A stretch of DNA of 62,386 nucleotides, filler included, from Gonapodya sp. JEL0774 (lineage: Eukaryota), in assembly GCA_027604505.1 (NCBI GenBank). It is 4 parts of 4 records of this genome, joined end to end, with 100 filler letters (N's around TTAATTAATTAA, not from the genome) between each part and the next. Parts side by side here need not be neighbours in the genome. Positions count along the whole stretch, not along the records: positions 1 to 15,953 come from JADIIX010000292.1; positions 16,054 to 31,669 come from JADIIX010000295.1; 2 more parts are not named here. One strand, 5' to 3'. The notes under the pieces were generated by a model that saw only the letters and a program-made list of their open reading frames with translations, made no database searches and was not told the DNA's origin. The position numbers and the translations under genes are program-made. Below, in pieces: positions 10,730-23,572 of this stretch. The first letter of the stretch is position 1; every line of letters begins with the position of its first letter.

Positions 10730-13700
10730 TGATGTTGAGTCCTGATCTTTCACTTTGGATGGTTGTAGCAACCTAATGAAAATAAAAGGGAAATGGGGAG
10801 GGGGAGTATGTGTGTGTGTTGTTTCTTTACAAAAGCATTAATTGTGAACACCAACAAGCAATACATTTTAGAAGGCTTTGTTACCAAATTCAAGATACTG
10901 TGTCAAAGCAAGTTCCTCCACCATCTGCAGCTTTCTTTTGTTTTCTGTCTGGTGTTGACATCAACTACAACCATGACCTTCAACTGGACCTGCCCCATCC
11001 CACTTTTCTGTGACTCCCACTGTTGCAAAGGTAGCCACCAAAGCTCTGGGAGTTCTAGCTCTGTCACTTTGATTGGAACCATGAGTTGACAACGTCAGTG
11101 CCCCACAGACGGATCTGGTGGTACTGGCCAAGAGATTGCAGACGGGAATGGTGGGTTGGGAGGACTGCAAGCAGTGTGGTCAGTGTTGTAAACATAGTTG
11201 TTGGAATCAGTACATCTACTCACATCACCAGACTAGGCGGTGCCATGAAATTGTTGCTGCATGTCCAGCAGTTGTGGCTGAAAGAGTGTATTGCTATCAA
11301 AGTCAATCTTATGACCTTTGAAAATCCACTCACAAGATCCTTGTCATATTAGTGGCCTTGGTCCCCTTCTTGGGCAGTGAATGCATTGTTTGCATCATCA
11401 TAGTCTGTGAAAGTCCTGCTTTCCAAAACAGCTGCCAAAACTGGCACTGCAGCAGGCTGTGTACTGGTCTGACAGGATTTTCCATGGTGTAGAGTGACAT
11501 AGCAGGATCTGTGTTGAAGAGAGGGTAGCCCATCCACTTGTTTGGGACTTTGTCGAGACTGTTCTCTGGTTTACGGTTGAATTTTTTGCCCCATTTCTCA
11601 ATTTCCTTCATGGTGGCGCCAGAGCAAAAGTTGGAGGTGGTCGATTTGAACAAAGGAATCTGTAATTTGAAACGATGTCGAGTTTGAAACAAATTTGCAT
11701 AACAAAAATTCACCCAATACTCTAGAGAATATTCTACAGTGATGCTGGGGTAAAAATTTGTGTTCATTTCATTCGAAATTCACCTGATTTTGCCATTTGT
11801 CTGACCTACAAAAAATTCTGCCGTTGGCCTCAGGCCAACGGTCCTTAGGTACTGGTAGGGCAAAACCACTGAAATGGAGGAATAATTGCATTAACTCAAA
11901 TGAAACCACCCATGCATGCTCCCTCCTTCCACAGAATCAGTAGAGTAACCCCTACATTCAGTACATCTTGCCTTGGTAGAAGAGTCTGTCGGCCTCAGGT
12001 TGAGAGGCGCACCAGTTGCTCCCAGTACCACTGGCCCAAATGCAAAAAAGAATTAGAAGTATTCACATGGCAACATATGGCAGCAAGCACAGTACTTAAG
12101 GAATGGAACAAATGCGGTTGCAAGCTTCAGTGAGGTGGGCATGGAAGATGGTATGATGTTTTAGAGTGGGTTTCAACTGCATTTCAAGTGGTTTATAATT
12201 GTTTTGTCTTACTGTTCCTCTCAGATGCTATTTTACTCGCTCAACAGGTGATCATTGCAGCAGAATTACATGTGGTTAGTTGCGTCATAACCCTGCCACA
12301 TAGCCGGCCCTTTTAATATTCACTGTTTATCACCGAGAGTGCACTGTGCCACATTCAATTCAAATAAAACTGGAGAATTTCAATCTTCATGAAGCATTCT
12401 TGCAGCTCATACTCTTGTTCACCACATATTCTTTCCCCGACAATGAATTATTCCACGTTAAGCCCTGAGTTCTACCTTCCACAGTTTGTCTAGTTCCTTC
12501 CTGTCTGGGTTTGCTGCTGTAAGTGCCTGTTTGCTCTGTGATTGCATGGGTATAGTCAGCTTGATAACCATTCAACCGAAAAACGGCCCCAGCTTGGATT
12601 GGAACCCACACCACCTCACTCCCAATGCTGCAGTCGGACTCAGGCCAACAGTTTTACAGCTTCATCAAGACCAGGTATGCAGATGGTGAGACCAAAGACT
12701 CAAGGGTGAGTGATAATGAGGTGGTGTTGATATTCACTGATGACACATTCTGCATTGTTGCACTGGAGCCAATGTGAGGGGCCTGGTTGTGACCCACCAT
12801 TGCACTGGAACTACGTCTTGTTGTACTGAGTCCAGTCATTTGCCAATTCTGATGTAGGTCAGCAGAGGATCATCATTATTTAATGGAAGTTCATGCAAAA
12901 CTGTCAGTTCAGGCTGTCGGTCCACCCATCCTTAAGTGGGTTACAGTACAGGGCCTCTTTTTCCTTCTTCATCTGAGCCTTCCATTTTCTCACCCCCTGT
13001 TTCCCACAGATTTGCACCTGAAGTACCTGGAAATAGGCTTCATTCCCAAATGTTGATACCAGATTCGTAAAAATGCTCCTGTTCAACTGCAATCCTACTG
13101 GATTTCATGCTCCTTTTTCTTCACTTTGGAGACATTTCTGACCATTTTCTCCTGGAGTTTTGGAAAGTCATGTGTAGAAGCTCGTTTTCAATCACATTCC
13201 ATCTATGCATCACACGGATTGGCACCTTCCAGGCACCAAGAGAGCTCACAATCAACACAATCAACTGTGACATAGTAGTTCATCTGAATTCAGCATTCAG
13301 ATGAGCACTAGTTGGTGTTATTGCCTCAGCAACAATGAGGTAACACTAGAAAGCAGGTTTACTAAATGGATCTTGGATGCAACTGTTGGTAGGTAGCTTT
13401 CAATACCTAATATCCTTTTTAAGAGCAACACCTCTCTCTGGGTGCTTAAGCTACCCAGTATCTGAAACTACACAGGAGCCAGATGAGAATCACAATCAGG
13501 AAGTTACAGAAGTATGTGGTGGTTCGTGGCGGAACCAGTGGGTTTCTGTCCAGAAACTCAATGTATGCATGTCTGAACTCGAGTACGGAGTGTCACTGAG
13601 CAGTCACAGCCGAGCCGCCGGCACAACTAAGATCACTAGAAAAATCCAAAAACTACTCTATACGCATCTATATACTAATAGATATCATGTCTATCCAAGG

Positions 13701-14685
13701 AATGGGCGCCGCAACCAGGGGTGACGCGTGGAGGTGAACAGGGGCGACTGCTGTTGCGCTCATGAGGTCATGTGACTCCGGCTAAACTCCTGCTTTTAGC
13801 CATCATCTCACAACAAGTAAATGTAACAAGGAACTTTGTGGTAGATTTCATAGGACTGATTACTTGTGAACAGTAAGGATGATGGAACAGGTACAAAACA
13901 GAGTTTTCAAGTGTCTTTGACTGGTTATGTCCGTCAGCCGCAGGCCAACAGGTTGCTACTCACATGTGATGACACTATACAATGACCCTTCCAATGCTAA
14001 ATGTGATTCCCACCTCCAAACACAGCTGTTAGCACATCTCACTCACTTCTCCATCTAGTAGACCTGTACTGCAGGTCAATCAAACCAGTTTTGGGCTTGT
14101 CTCTCTGTATTGAGAATGAAGGGTTGAAGGCAACTGAAGAATTGCAGGATCCTGATGACATTTCCTTGCACAAACATTGCATGTCTGATAAATCAATACC
14201 AATACAAGGTTTTCCATGACTTCAACTGTTGTTGTTTCACTGCAGTGCCTGTGTCTGTCAGCCATTGGCTGATGGCACCTAATGCACACAGTAAGTCCTC
14301 CTGAGGTTTATATTAGCAATAATATGGAAAATCAACACATCATAGGGATTGCTCTCAAGGTTCACTCTGACAAAAAGACAAGGTGATACTCATTCAATGC
14401 ATCAAATACCTTACCAGACCACATATTATAACAACTGTTTGGATGAAATGGCAAGCATTTCCAAGATAATTCCAGGTGACCCTGTCAGTCAGAGGCCCTA
14501 TAGAAAAATGAGTGATCTGAATTTTGGTTTCAAACTTGACATTGTTTCAAATCCCAGATTCCTTTGTTTTTGTAGAAAGACCAGAACCACCAAATTTATG
14601 ATCGTAGAGAGCACAATGCATCTATATATCTACTGAGATCTAATCTAGCAGATTGCCACATGGCATTGTCGATACAGCTGATCGG

Positions 14686-15166
14686 AATTCAGATAATGGA
14701 TCTGTTTTGGGGCATAGGGGAGCCTGGGTCTGTGCAGGTCATGCCAGGGTTGCTTGTAGGACTTTCCAGCACATTTATGTACTCATTCATAGATTGGGTG
14801 GTGAACATCCAATTGCCGGGGGGTTCCTTTGCAGTGCAGCTACAGAAATCCTGAATAACAGTATTCAGGTACTGTTCCAGGAATCGATCAAGAGGACGGT
14901 GGTGTTTGAGGTGCCAAAAGCACCTGTTTGGAACAGATGCAAAAACAAGCCTTTAGCACAAGCACGTACTCAATAGGGGAAAAACAGAGCCCCTCAATGT
15001 CATGAGTTTTGTACAGTCTCTTATGGCCATATGTGGATGGAATCGGAAAAGCATTCTCCAAAGATTCCCGTGTCTCTGAACCCATGAGACAGAGCTGCAA
15101 AACAGGGTACCCTCCTCTAAACACATGGGATGCCAAAGTAAGTGGTTCAGGCAGTTTGTTGATGAC
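14686..15166 (-). pseudogene. Spliced coding relic, unknown product
   Basis: VINKLPEPLTLASHVFRGGY...FSPIE joins across a 46-nt GTACGT..AACAG intron (14924-14969) to CFWHLKHHRPLDRFLEQYL... Confidence 0.35.
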
Positions 15167-15830
15167 CTGGGAGAGAGCCAGCCAAACAAATTGGAGATTC
15201 TTTTGCCGTCGAACTTAAATTGGAGGGAGATCCACTATGGGTTCTCGCAAAGTTTCGTGCAGAGTGGTCAACAATTTGCTGATGACCTAGACGACACAGT
15301 GTAATCTATCATGACAATCAAATCACAGGCAAATTTGCCAGAGCACAGTGATTGGCATTCAAGTGAGCATTTCCTGTTCTTGCGCCTCTGATGTAGCTTA
15401 AGAATGCCCCGATGCTCTCCCTCTGTCACTGCCAAGAATTTACATGTCGTAGTCCCTCAATTCATCACTACCTCTTTGGCCTCACTTATTTTCACCATCT
15501 TCAGTGATACCAAGAGTAAACTGCTAGATGGTGCAGCAGATTCCTACGATGCCCTTTGTGTGGGTGCTTCAATTGGGGGGCTTGAGGGCCAGACTTGCGG
15601 CAATGCTTTGTCTCTGACTCAAAGATGGGAAGGCGGAAGAGACACTATATTATATGCTCCTGTCACTGGGTATTAATTCACTTTGTATTGTAACATTAAT
15701 GTTCATTATGTCTTTGCCAAGTTCACAACGAACAGTCTGGCACTGTTTTACCCATGTTGCCCCTTTCACAGGTAGTGTCCACTGCAAATCAACATGCCAA
15801 AACGAAAATTGAATATCATAAAATGAAGAG

Positions 15831-15903
15831 AGCCCGATGCGGGGGTCGAACCCGCGACATTCAGGTTAAGAGCCTGACACTCTGCCGACTGAGTTAACCG
15901 GGC
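15831..15903 (-). tRNA. tRNA-Lys(CTT)
   Basis: GCCCGGTTAACTCAGTCGGCAGAGTGTCAGGCTCTTAACCTGAATGTCGCGGGTTCGACCCCCGCATCGGGCT folds as a full cloverleaf with anticodon CTT and a downstream TTTT terminator. Confidence 0.95.
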
Positions 15904-15953
15904 ATTTTTTGATTTTGGATGGTGCACCGGTAACCAAACGCTGATGTCACCAT

Positions 15954-16053
15954 NNNNNNNNNNNNNNNNNNNNNNNNNNNNNNNNNNNNNNNNNNNNTTA
16001 ATTAATTAANNNNNNNNNNNNNNNNNNNNNNNNNNNNNNNNNNNNNNNNNNNN
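15954..16053. other. Assembly gap with TTAATTAATTAA linker
   Basis: N run with a six-frame stop linker. Confidence 0.99.
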
Positions 16054-16919
16054 CCCCCCGCACGCACCCCACCAGCTCCTCCTCCGCCTCCCCCCGCACC
16101 GAACTCCCCTAGGCGACCAACACACGCTCGAATTCGTCGCGCGGGTCATGTGGACAAGCCACGGGACCCGGGTGGGCGGGAGGGAGAGCGGGTGGATGGA
16201 GGTGGAGTACGGCGTGGTGGAAGAGTGAACGTTTGGGGATGTTGGTGGGTGGGGAGGGGGGCACGGAACTCAAAGTGGGGAGGTGGGGGTTCGTTGCGTG
16301 GGTGGTGGCGGTGCGGTGGGGCGTGCCCCGCCGTCGTGCTTTTCGCGTCCCGACGCTCCCGGGTTCATGTCGAGCGGGCGACCACCGTTCGCCTTCACCT
16401 GTCCATCTGTCCATATCCCTTGTCGGCTGTCGGTCTGCCCTGCCCCTGCGGACTGCGGACGGGGACGGGGGACGGGGCACAGCATCTGCGACTTGCCGGG
16501 CCCAGTGTCAACTGTCACTTCCCCCGGTAGGGTGGGTCCAGGTCTCACGATCCCCGGGATCCCGTCACGTCCCACTCCTCGATGTTCCCACTTCCCCGCC
16601 GCACAATCTCGCCGTGCGCGCACTCGTGCTCGTGGAGCGTCGACGGGTAACGCTCTTCTCCTTTTCTCAGTTGACAGTTCCGCCCCTTTTGTCCGCTTTT
16701 TTTCGTTTCCTTTCGTTTTCACTTCCCAACATAACATTCCGCTCGCGACTCGTGTGGCCCCGATGGGTGTGGCGGGAGGTTGGCGCACAGCACCACTATT
16801 GAAGGAACACACGTTCGGCCGGGGTATATCACTGTGACGAAAGAAGCACGTAGATTTGTTTTTCTTTTCTTTTTTTTTCATTTCTCTGTTCATTTTTCTG
16901 GATTCTTTTTTTGAGGGGG

Positions 16920-19148
16920 GTGGTTTTTGATATTTGTTGTTTGGGTTCGCATCTGATGTGATTTCCGCACCACACCGTGGGAAGGGACATTTCCAAGTTT
17001 CGTGTTTTGAGCAATTCACAACAAATGTAATCACTCTGCGAGTTAAAAACGATTTTGATCTATCGCACACTCTTTGCAAGAAAGTTGTGCAGCCGCAGGC
17101 AGGAGGTTGGGAGGCGGGTGCCGGCGCCGTACATGCTACCACCTTGGATGTGGCTGGGCCGTTGGGAAAATACACCACTGGGTGAATGGTGTTTGCTCAG
17201 TGTATGCTCAACTTTTGTCACTACGCTCAGCATGTATCCCTACCGTCAAACTCCGTGAGCGGGTGGTCGGTGGGGAGTGCGACAAACCTCAGTGTACCAC
17301 CCAACACACGATCACCGGAGTGAATAGTGGTAATGACTAGAACAAACCGCTGCAGCTGAGAATCAGAACCGCATAAAGGCTCCAGAGTCCAGACAGGTCA
17401 AGGGAGGAAAAACAATCGGTCGAAGCGAGCAGTTTCTAGAGGCTGGTCAGGTAAGTTGTATGGGCAGCAGAGCAAGGTGAAAGACAGTGCGTGGGTCATT
17501 GGTGGTGAGGTGGGGCCAGCAGGAGCGTTGAATGAGTCCAAGTTTCAGACAGCACTCACTGTGTGAGAAGAGTGATGACTGATGCAGGTCAGAAATGGTG
17601 CAGGAGGTAGAGCATTCATTCCTTGGTTGAGTTGTTGAGAAATGGTCACCAAGGCTTCAGCTTGCCTCCTTGGTGACCACAGCTGCATTTGGTTGTACAC
17701 ACATAAAACAATTCAGACACAGATGACATAATGGGCACTCAGTAAAGAATTGAAAACCACATGATGACAGTGTTTGGTTTGGAATAAATTTTGTGATTGA
17801 AGAGGGCATAAGTAACCTTCGATGATGGATGATGACTCACCACCGACCAGCCGCCAGGCGACCAAGCGAATAAGTGGTGAAATCTCATCGGGCCTGAAGC
17901 AAGGTTTTAGAACGTGAAGAATGATAATGGGACATTCGACTGTGGGCAATAAATGAAGTTTTAGATGGATATCTATTTTGCCTTGTGTGCATGCTGCGAT
18001 AAGAGATGTGGCAAAGCAGCTGCGACCAGTGCGCAGTGCACGCCAGAAATGACCCCTCAATATAAGGGAAGCACGACCTTCTAGTAGTGTCGAGAGAGTA
18101 GGAGATAGCCCAACAGTGTGTAGATGTTGGAGAAGACTCCGTCTCCGACATCCGAGCGTAGGATATAGCCCAGCCACATCGGCTGGAGAAGAGTCCAGTT
18201 TGGCGTTTGTTTTGTTCCCGCCACATCTGGAATGCTCATTCCCGTGTGGAACGACGGTTGCTTTGTTCGCCTGTTCTTTCTCCGAAGTTCAAGGATAGTA
18301 ACTCCCAATCAATTTTGGTTCTATGCTTGTCGGGTGACGCTGGTTCGTGGAATCAGGAACAAAACTTGTCCATAGGGACGATGTCACGCTGGTGGAAAGG
18401 ATGGTTGAGGAACGTGGGATCATGACTGAAAGATGAACACGAGAAGCTTCTCAATCAGCTGTCTTGTATTCTTTGAAAAGTACGCTTCTATGCTCGTAGC
18501 TCCCGAGTCTTTGACGACTATGTTGAATGCGGCGGCTTGTTCGGAACTCATCACTTCGGCACTCCAAATCAGTTACCAACCAACGAGCAACGATGAATCC
18601 CCACACCCCTCCCGGCTCGCGCTATTAGGCACGGCTGTTCTCTTGTGGCGTGCTCTCTCTCGGAGGTGTGCGCTAGAAAACCATCATTCTTGTTGTTTCG
18701 GCCCCGAGACACTCTTCACCTTGTCGGATAGGGCCGACAACTCTGACAAGGAGGCGCAGTAGACAGTTTAGTGAGGGATGGATGATTGAAGGGACCTTTG
18801 TCGAGGTAACTAGTCTTGCCATTTTCGATTGGTGGAGTCGCGAAAGGAAGGGGAATGATGATGCTGGGTTGGAACAGACGTCCCCGGAATCTGGAAAAGT
18901 CTTCGCAATGTTGAGCCTGAGAATCCCGAATGAATTGAATCTCAAGGCTTGGAAGGTGGACTCTTCAAGATCTGTGGGACCAAGGAGGGCGGAGAGCACG
19001 GCGGTTGAAGCTGTTGGACTGTCCACCTCTCGACACGCGCATTGCGACAAGTTTCAAGGTCGAGACGTGGCCTTGTCTAAGGAATGTCTGACGTGTGCCC
19101 CTCGAAGCAGACACTGGTCGTTTTCGAGGTGGATGAGTGGGTCTCCCG
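16920..19148 (+). repeat. Direct repeat copy A (partner at 21470-23572)
   Basis: 16920-17279 resembles 21470-21843, and 17707-19148 is near-identical to 22127-23572 (paired ORF translations agree). Confidence 0.9.
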
Positions 19149-19495
19149 AGCCCAATCAACAACTGCGAGTGGTTACGTTGACACTGATCTGATCTTGCGC
19201 CAGTCTTTTAGCCGATTAATTTTCGTTCAGAGACGAGTGAATGGGACAATCTTCAACGTCTTGGGTCGCAAGTTGTTGAAGACAACTTCTGCGAACAACT
19301 TTGGACCAGCATGACCCCCTGCGCCCGTGAAAGATTGTTAAAAATTTAGGTGTCAAGGAGGGCCAAGAAGATTTTTGGTGGGTCAACAGGAGGGGGCGCG
19401 AGGGAGGGTTCAGGTTCCCAGGGCCAGTGACTGGTCTGTGTGACTTGCAGCTACGCGTAAACTGATTCTGATTAAAAATGAGAACTGGCGTGGTG

Positions 19496-21470
19496 GACTC
19501 GGTGAAGCGGGAGTTTTGTGGTTGCCGCTACGCACTGGGGAATTCAAAATCTGAACCAGATTCTCAATCGGGTGGTTTGTTCACCATCCCACCATCCTCA
19601 CGTTCTTCCCCCTCATTCTCCCTTTCACCACCGCTTCACTCTCATCCAAGCCCCACCCGTCTCTCCCCCATAGCCCTCCTCCTCCCCCTCGCGTCTTAAA
19701 TAAGGAATGGTACTCGGAGAGGGAATGGACGTTCCGGGGAAGAGGGAGGGGGTTTCGGGTGGGGATGGCTTGGTTGGGACAGGTGGCATGGGCGGCGTGG
19801 GTGGCGTGGGTGGCATTCGTGAAATCCGTGGCAGAGGTGTGGTGCCCGGCGTCACCACCGTCGCCGCACCCACCTGCCGACGACCGGCGGCACTCGCAGA
19901 GCCACGGTCGGTGGTACCGGTGGTCTCCTGCGTAGTGCCAACCACTACCAGTGCACCTTCCCTGACCTGAGGACCATACCCGCACCACCGTGATACTCCA
20001 CACCGTGACCACCCCGACCTGGAATCGACCCGTACCGCCCCTTCCCCATTCGCCCCGCTGACCCCGACCCCGAACTTGGCGTACAAACGTGAGTGCTTGG
20101 GCGCAGGCGCAACCACGATCGGAACCATGTCGTCCACTTCCACCACCACCACAACCACAACCACTGCACTTGACATTTCAAGTCCGCCCCGCCTCGCCCA
20201 CCCACTCCACGTCCACCTTTACTTTTTCCACCACAACTGCTTCCACCCTCTCCACTCTCTCATCCACACTCCGACCCCCTCTCTCCTTCCGACAGCGACC
20301 CCCACTGCACCGGCCCATTGTCCCCCCATTGTCCCCCGCGTCCGGTATACCCCGACGAGGACCTGGTGCTGATCATGGTTTTGGATAGGCGGTGGCTTGT
20401 GTCGTCGTGCGTTGGGTCGTCGGGTTATTTGGGTTGGTTGCGTGGAAGGTGTGGTAAGGACGGTGTCGTTGAGTGTTGGATCGTGTTTCTGTGTTTTCGT
20501 ACTCATGGCTCCTTGTGTAACAGCGTCACGGGATTCAGGCTTTGCCAAATACACGTGCGACACTGCCGTACGGCGCGTTACCGTACGTCGCTCACATGGC
20601 CACTCCACTGACCCTGCCACTACGCCCCACCACCGTCAATCTCGAAAATCTCCCTCCCCTCCCCCGCCCCCTCCTGCGTTCCCACCTCGCCCTTCTCGTT
20701 ATTCTCACCTCGAAACTTTACCAAGGAGCACATGGTCGGCAGCTGATGGCCGGGCGGGTGGAGGTTGGAGGTTGCGGTGCACGAAGTGTGTTGGCACCGT
20801 CCCGCCCGTCTCCCGTTTTCGTTGAATACACACGTTCAGAGTGCGTACCAAACTTTCACACACACCCGTACCGTAGAATCTCTCCAAACGCCTGTCCCGA
20901 CCTTTCCCTTTCTCTTCCATTCTGTCACTCACGGATCCCACCCACCCAACGTTGCCGCACCTCCATCCCTCCCTCCACCCCACCCACGCCCTCCCGCCCG
21001 CCTCACCCAACCCCGCGTCGCCCAAGTGCAGTGGACAGATTGGAGGAGGGACGGGTGGATGGAGGCGGGGTACTGGGTGAATGAGGTGTGTTTATCATCA
21101 CCAACCACGCACTTCTTGGGTGCTCGTCCAGTCAGTGCATCATCGAGTCTTAGAGATTTCGGAGCTCATATTCCTTCATGTTTATTTGCGTTACGTGTCC
21201 CCGGTAAGTTATATGTGGTGTGGTGTTTACTTTTGATTTGGTGGGCCGTTTCCTTCGGGGACGCGTTGGGTCAGCAGCTTGGTTTCGCTGAGCATCTTTT
21301 GTTTCTTCCTTTTCTACAGTTCCATGTCCGACTTCTATAGCCTGATTGTGCTGCACGGTTTAGCATCACATTCCACTGCGCTGTGAACGTTGTCACAAGA
21401 GAATCTCGTAGCAGCACGAAATCGTTTACTCTTTTCTGTTCCTTTCTTTCTTGTTTTTTTTTTTTTTTTT
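19496..21470 (+). repeat. Repeat module with inverted relatives at 28450-29650 and 31170-31669
   Basis: 19496-19787 matches revcomp 31381-31669. 21263-21470 matches revcomp ~31175-31380. 20040-21085 is a diverged match to revcomp 28820-29650. Confidence 0.85.
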
Positions 21471-23572
21471 GTGGTTTGGGGTTTGCATCTCTTGTGCTTC
21501 GCACACCACACTGTGAGAAGAGGACATTCCAAGTTTCGTGCCTTTAGCAATTCGTGACGAATGTAATCAATCACTCTGCAAGGAAAACAAACATGGTTTG
21601 ATCTATCAGACACACTTGGCGAGCAAGTTGTGCAGCCTGAGGGTGGAGGTTTCAGGTTGGGAGGCTACCAAGCGCCCCTGACGCCGTACTTGGAACCACC
21701 GCGGAGGCCGAACGGCCGTTGGGAAAATGCACCAGTGGGTGAAAGGTGTTTGGTCACTGTAAGCCCAACTTTTGTCACTACAGTTGGCACGTGTCTGTAG
21801 TCCCTACCATCAAACTCTGTGAGTGTGTGGTCTGTGGGGAGTGGTTACAGTTGATCCTGAGATAAATCATACAGAGAACCCATGCTGGACTAAATTAGTA
21901 GAGCAGACAACCTTGTCAATCAGCCAGACTCAGTTGGTTGAGGGCAGATTTCCTGTCAAAGAAAATGAGAAAGCTGTGTGACTCAGTAAGTAATCAAGAT
22001 GTCAGTGCACTTACATGCTATGTCTACCAATTTTGTATTTTGTATTATCACAATAATTGCTGTAATGTCTAGTGGATAACAAGTTGGTGGGAACATGAAG
22101 TGCAGAGGAGGCAACTTTTTATCCTCAAACAATTCAGACACATAATGCGCACTCAGTAAACAGTTGAAAACCACATGATGACAGTGTTTGGTTTGGAATG
22201 AATTGTGATTGAAGAGGGCAAAATTAACCTTCGTTGATGGGTGATGACTCACCCACCAGTCGCCGGGCGACCAAGCGAAAAAGCGGTGAAATCTCAGCGG
22301 GCCTTGAGGGAAGGATTTTAGACCGTTCAGAATGATAATGGGAGATTCTACTGGGGGCAATAAATGAAGTTTTAGGCGGATATCTATTTTGCCGTGTGCG
22401 CATTCTGCGATAAGAGATGTGGCAAAGCGGCTGCGACCAGTGCGCAGTGCACGCCAGAAATGACCCCTCAATATAAGGGAAGCACGACCTTCTAGTAGTG
22501 TCGAGAGAGTAGGAGATAGCCCAACAGTGTGTAGATGTTGGAGAAGATTCCGTCTCCGACATCCGAGCGTAGGATATAGCCCAGCCACATCGGCTGGAGA
22601 AGAGTCCAGCTTGGCGTCTGTTTTGTTCCCGCCACATCTGGAATGCTCATTCCCGTGTGCAACGATGGTGTGCTTTGTTCGCCTGTTCTTACTCCGAAGT
22701 TCAAGGATAGTAACTCCCAATCACTTTTGGTTCTATGCTTCTCGGGTGACGCTGGTTCGTGGAATCAGGAACAAAACTTGTCCATCGGGACGATGTCACG
22801 CTGGTGGAAAGGATGGTTGAGGAACGTGGGATCATGAGTGAAAGATGAACACGAGAAGCTTCTCAATCAGCTGTCTTGCATTCTTTCAAAAGTACGCTTC
22901 TATGCTCGTAGCTCCCGAGTCTTTGACGACTATGTTGAATGCGGCGGCTTGTTCGGAGCTGACACCGACTCATCACTTCGGCACTCCAAATCAGTTACCA
23001 ACCCAACCAACGAGCACGATGAATCCCCACACCCCTCCCGGCTCGCGCTATTAGGCACGGCTGTTCTCTTGTGGCGCGTGCTCTCTCTCGGAGGTGTGCG
23101 CTAGAAAACCATCATTCTTGTTGGTTTGGCCCTGAGACACTCTTCACCTTGTCGGATAGGGCCGACAACTCTGACAAGGAGGCGCAGTAGACAGTTTGGT
23201 GAGGGATGGATGATTGAAGGGACCTTTGTCGAGGTAACTAGTCTGGCCATTATCGATTGGTGGAGTCGCGACAGGAAGGGGAATGATGATGCTGGGTTGG
23301 AACAGACGTCCCCGGAATCTGGAAAAGTCTTCGCAATGTTGAGCCTGAGAATCCCGAATGAAATTAATCTCAAGGCTTGGAAGGTGGTCTCTTCAAGATC
23401 TGTGGGACCAAGGAGGGCGGAGAGCATGGCGGTTGAAGCTGTTGGACTGTCCACCTCCCGACACCCGCATTGCGACAAGTTTCAAGGTCGAGACGTGGCC
23501 TTGTCTAAGGAATGTCTGATGCGTGCCCCTCGAAGTAGACACTGATCGTTTGAGGTGGATGGATGGGTCTCG
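21470..23572 (+). repeat. Direct repeat copy B
   Basis: See copy A. Confidence 0.9.

Larger units (their letters stand above)
7980..15830. mobile_element. CpG-depleted accessory island or degenerate mobile DNA, unclassified
   Basis: Abrupt drop in GC and CpG with many TpG/CpA by eye. ORFs are broken by stops and frameshifts. No transposase, RT or integrase was recognised. Confidence 0.55.

Noticed and set aside
7981..15830. 11-bp terminal inverted repeat at the island ends (atcatcatttt / aaaatgaagag)
   Set aside because: Only 9/11, AT-rich, and overlaps the tRNA terminator.
15998..16009. TTAATTAATTAA palindrome inside N runs (also ~31714 and ~47244)
   Set aside because: Artificial scaffold linker.
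18081..18308. WLGYIL...GDGI resembling a retroviral RT motif
   Set aside because: No YxDD or other RT motifs nearby in either repeat copy.
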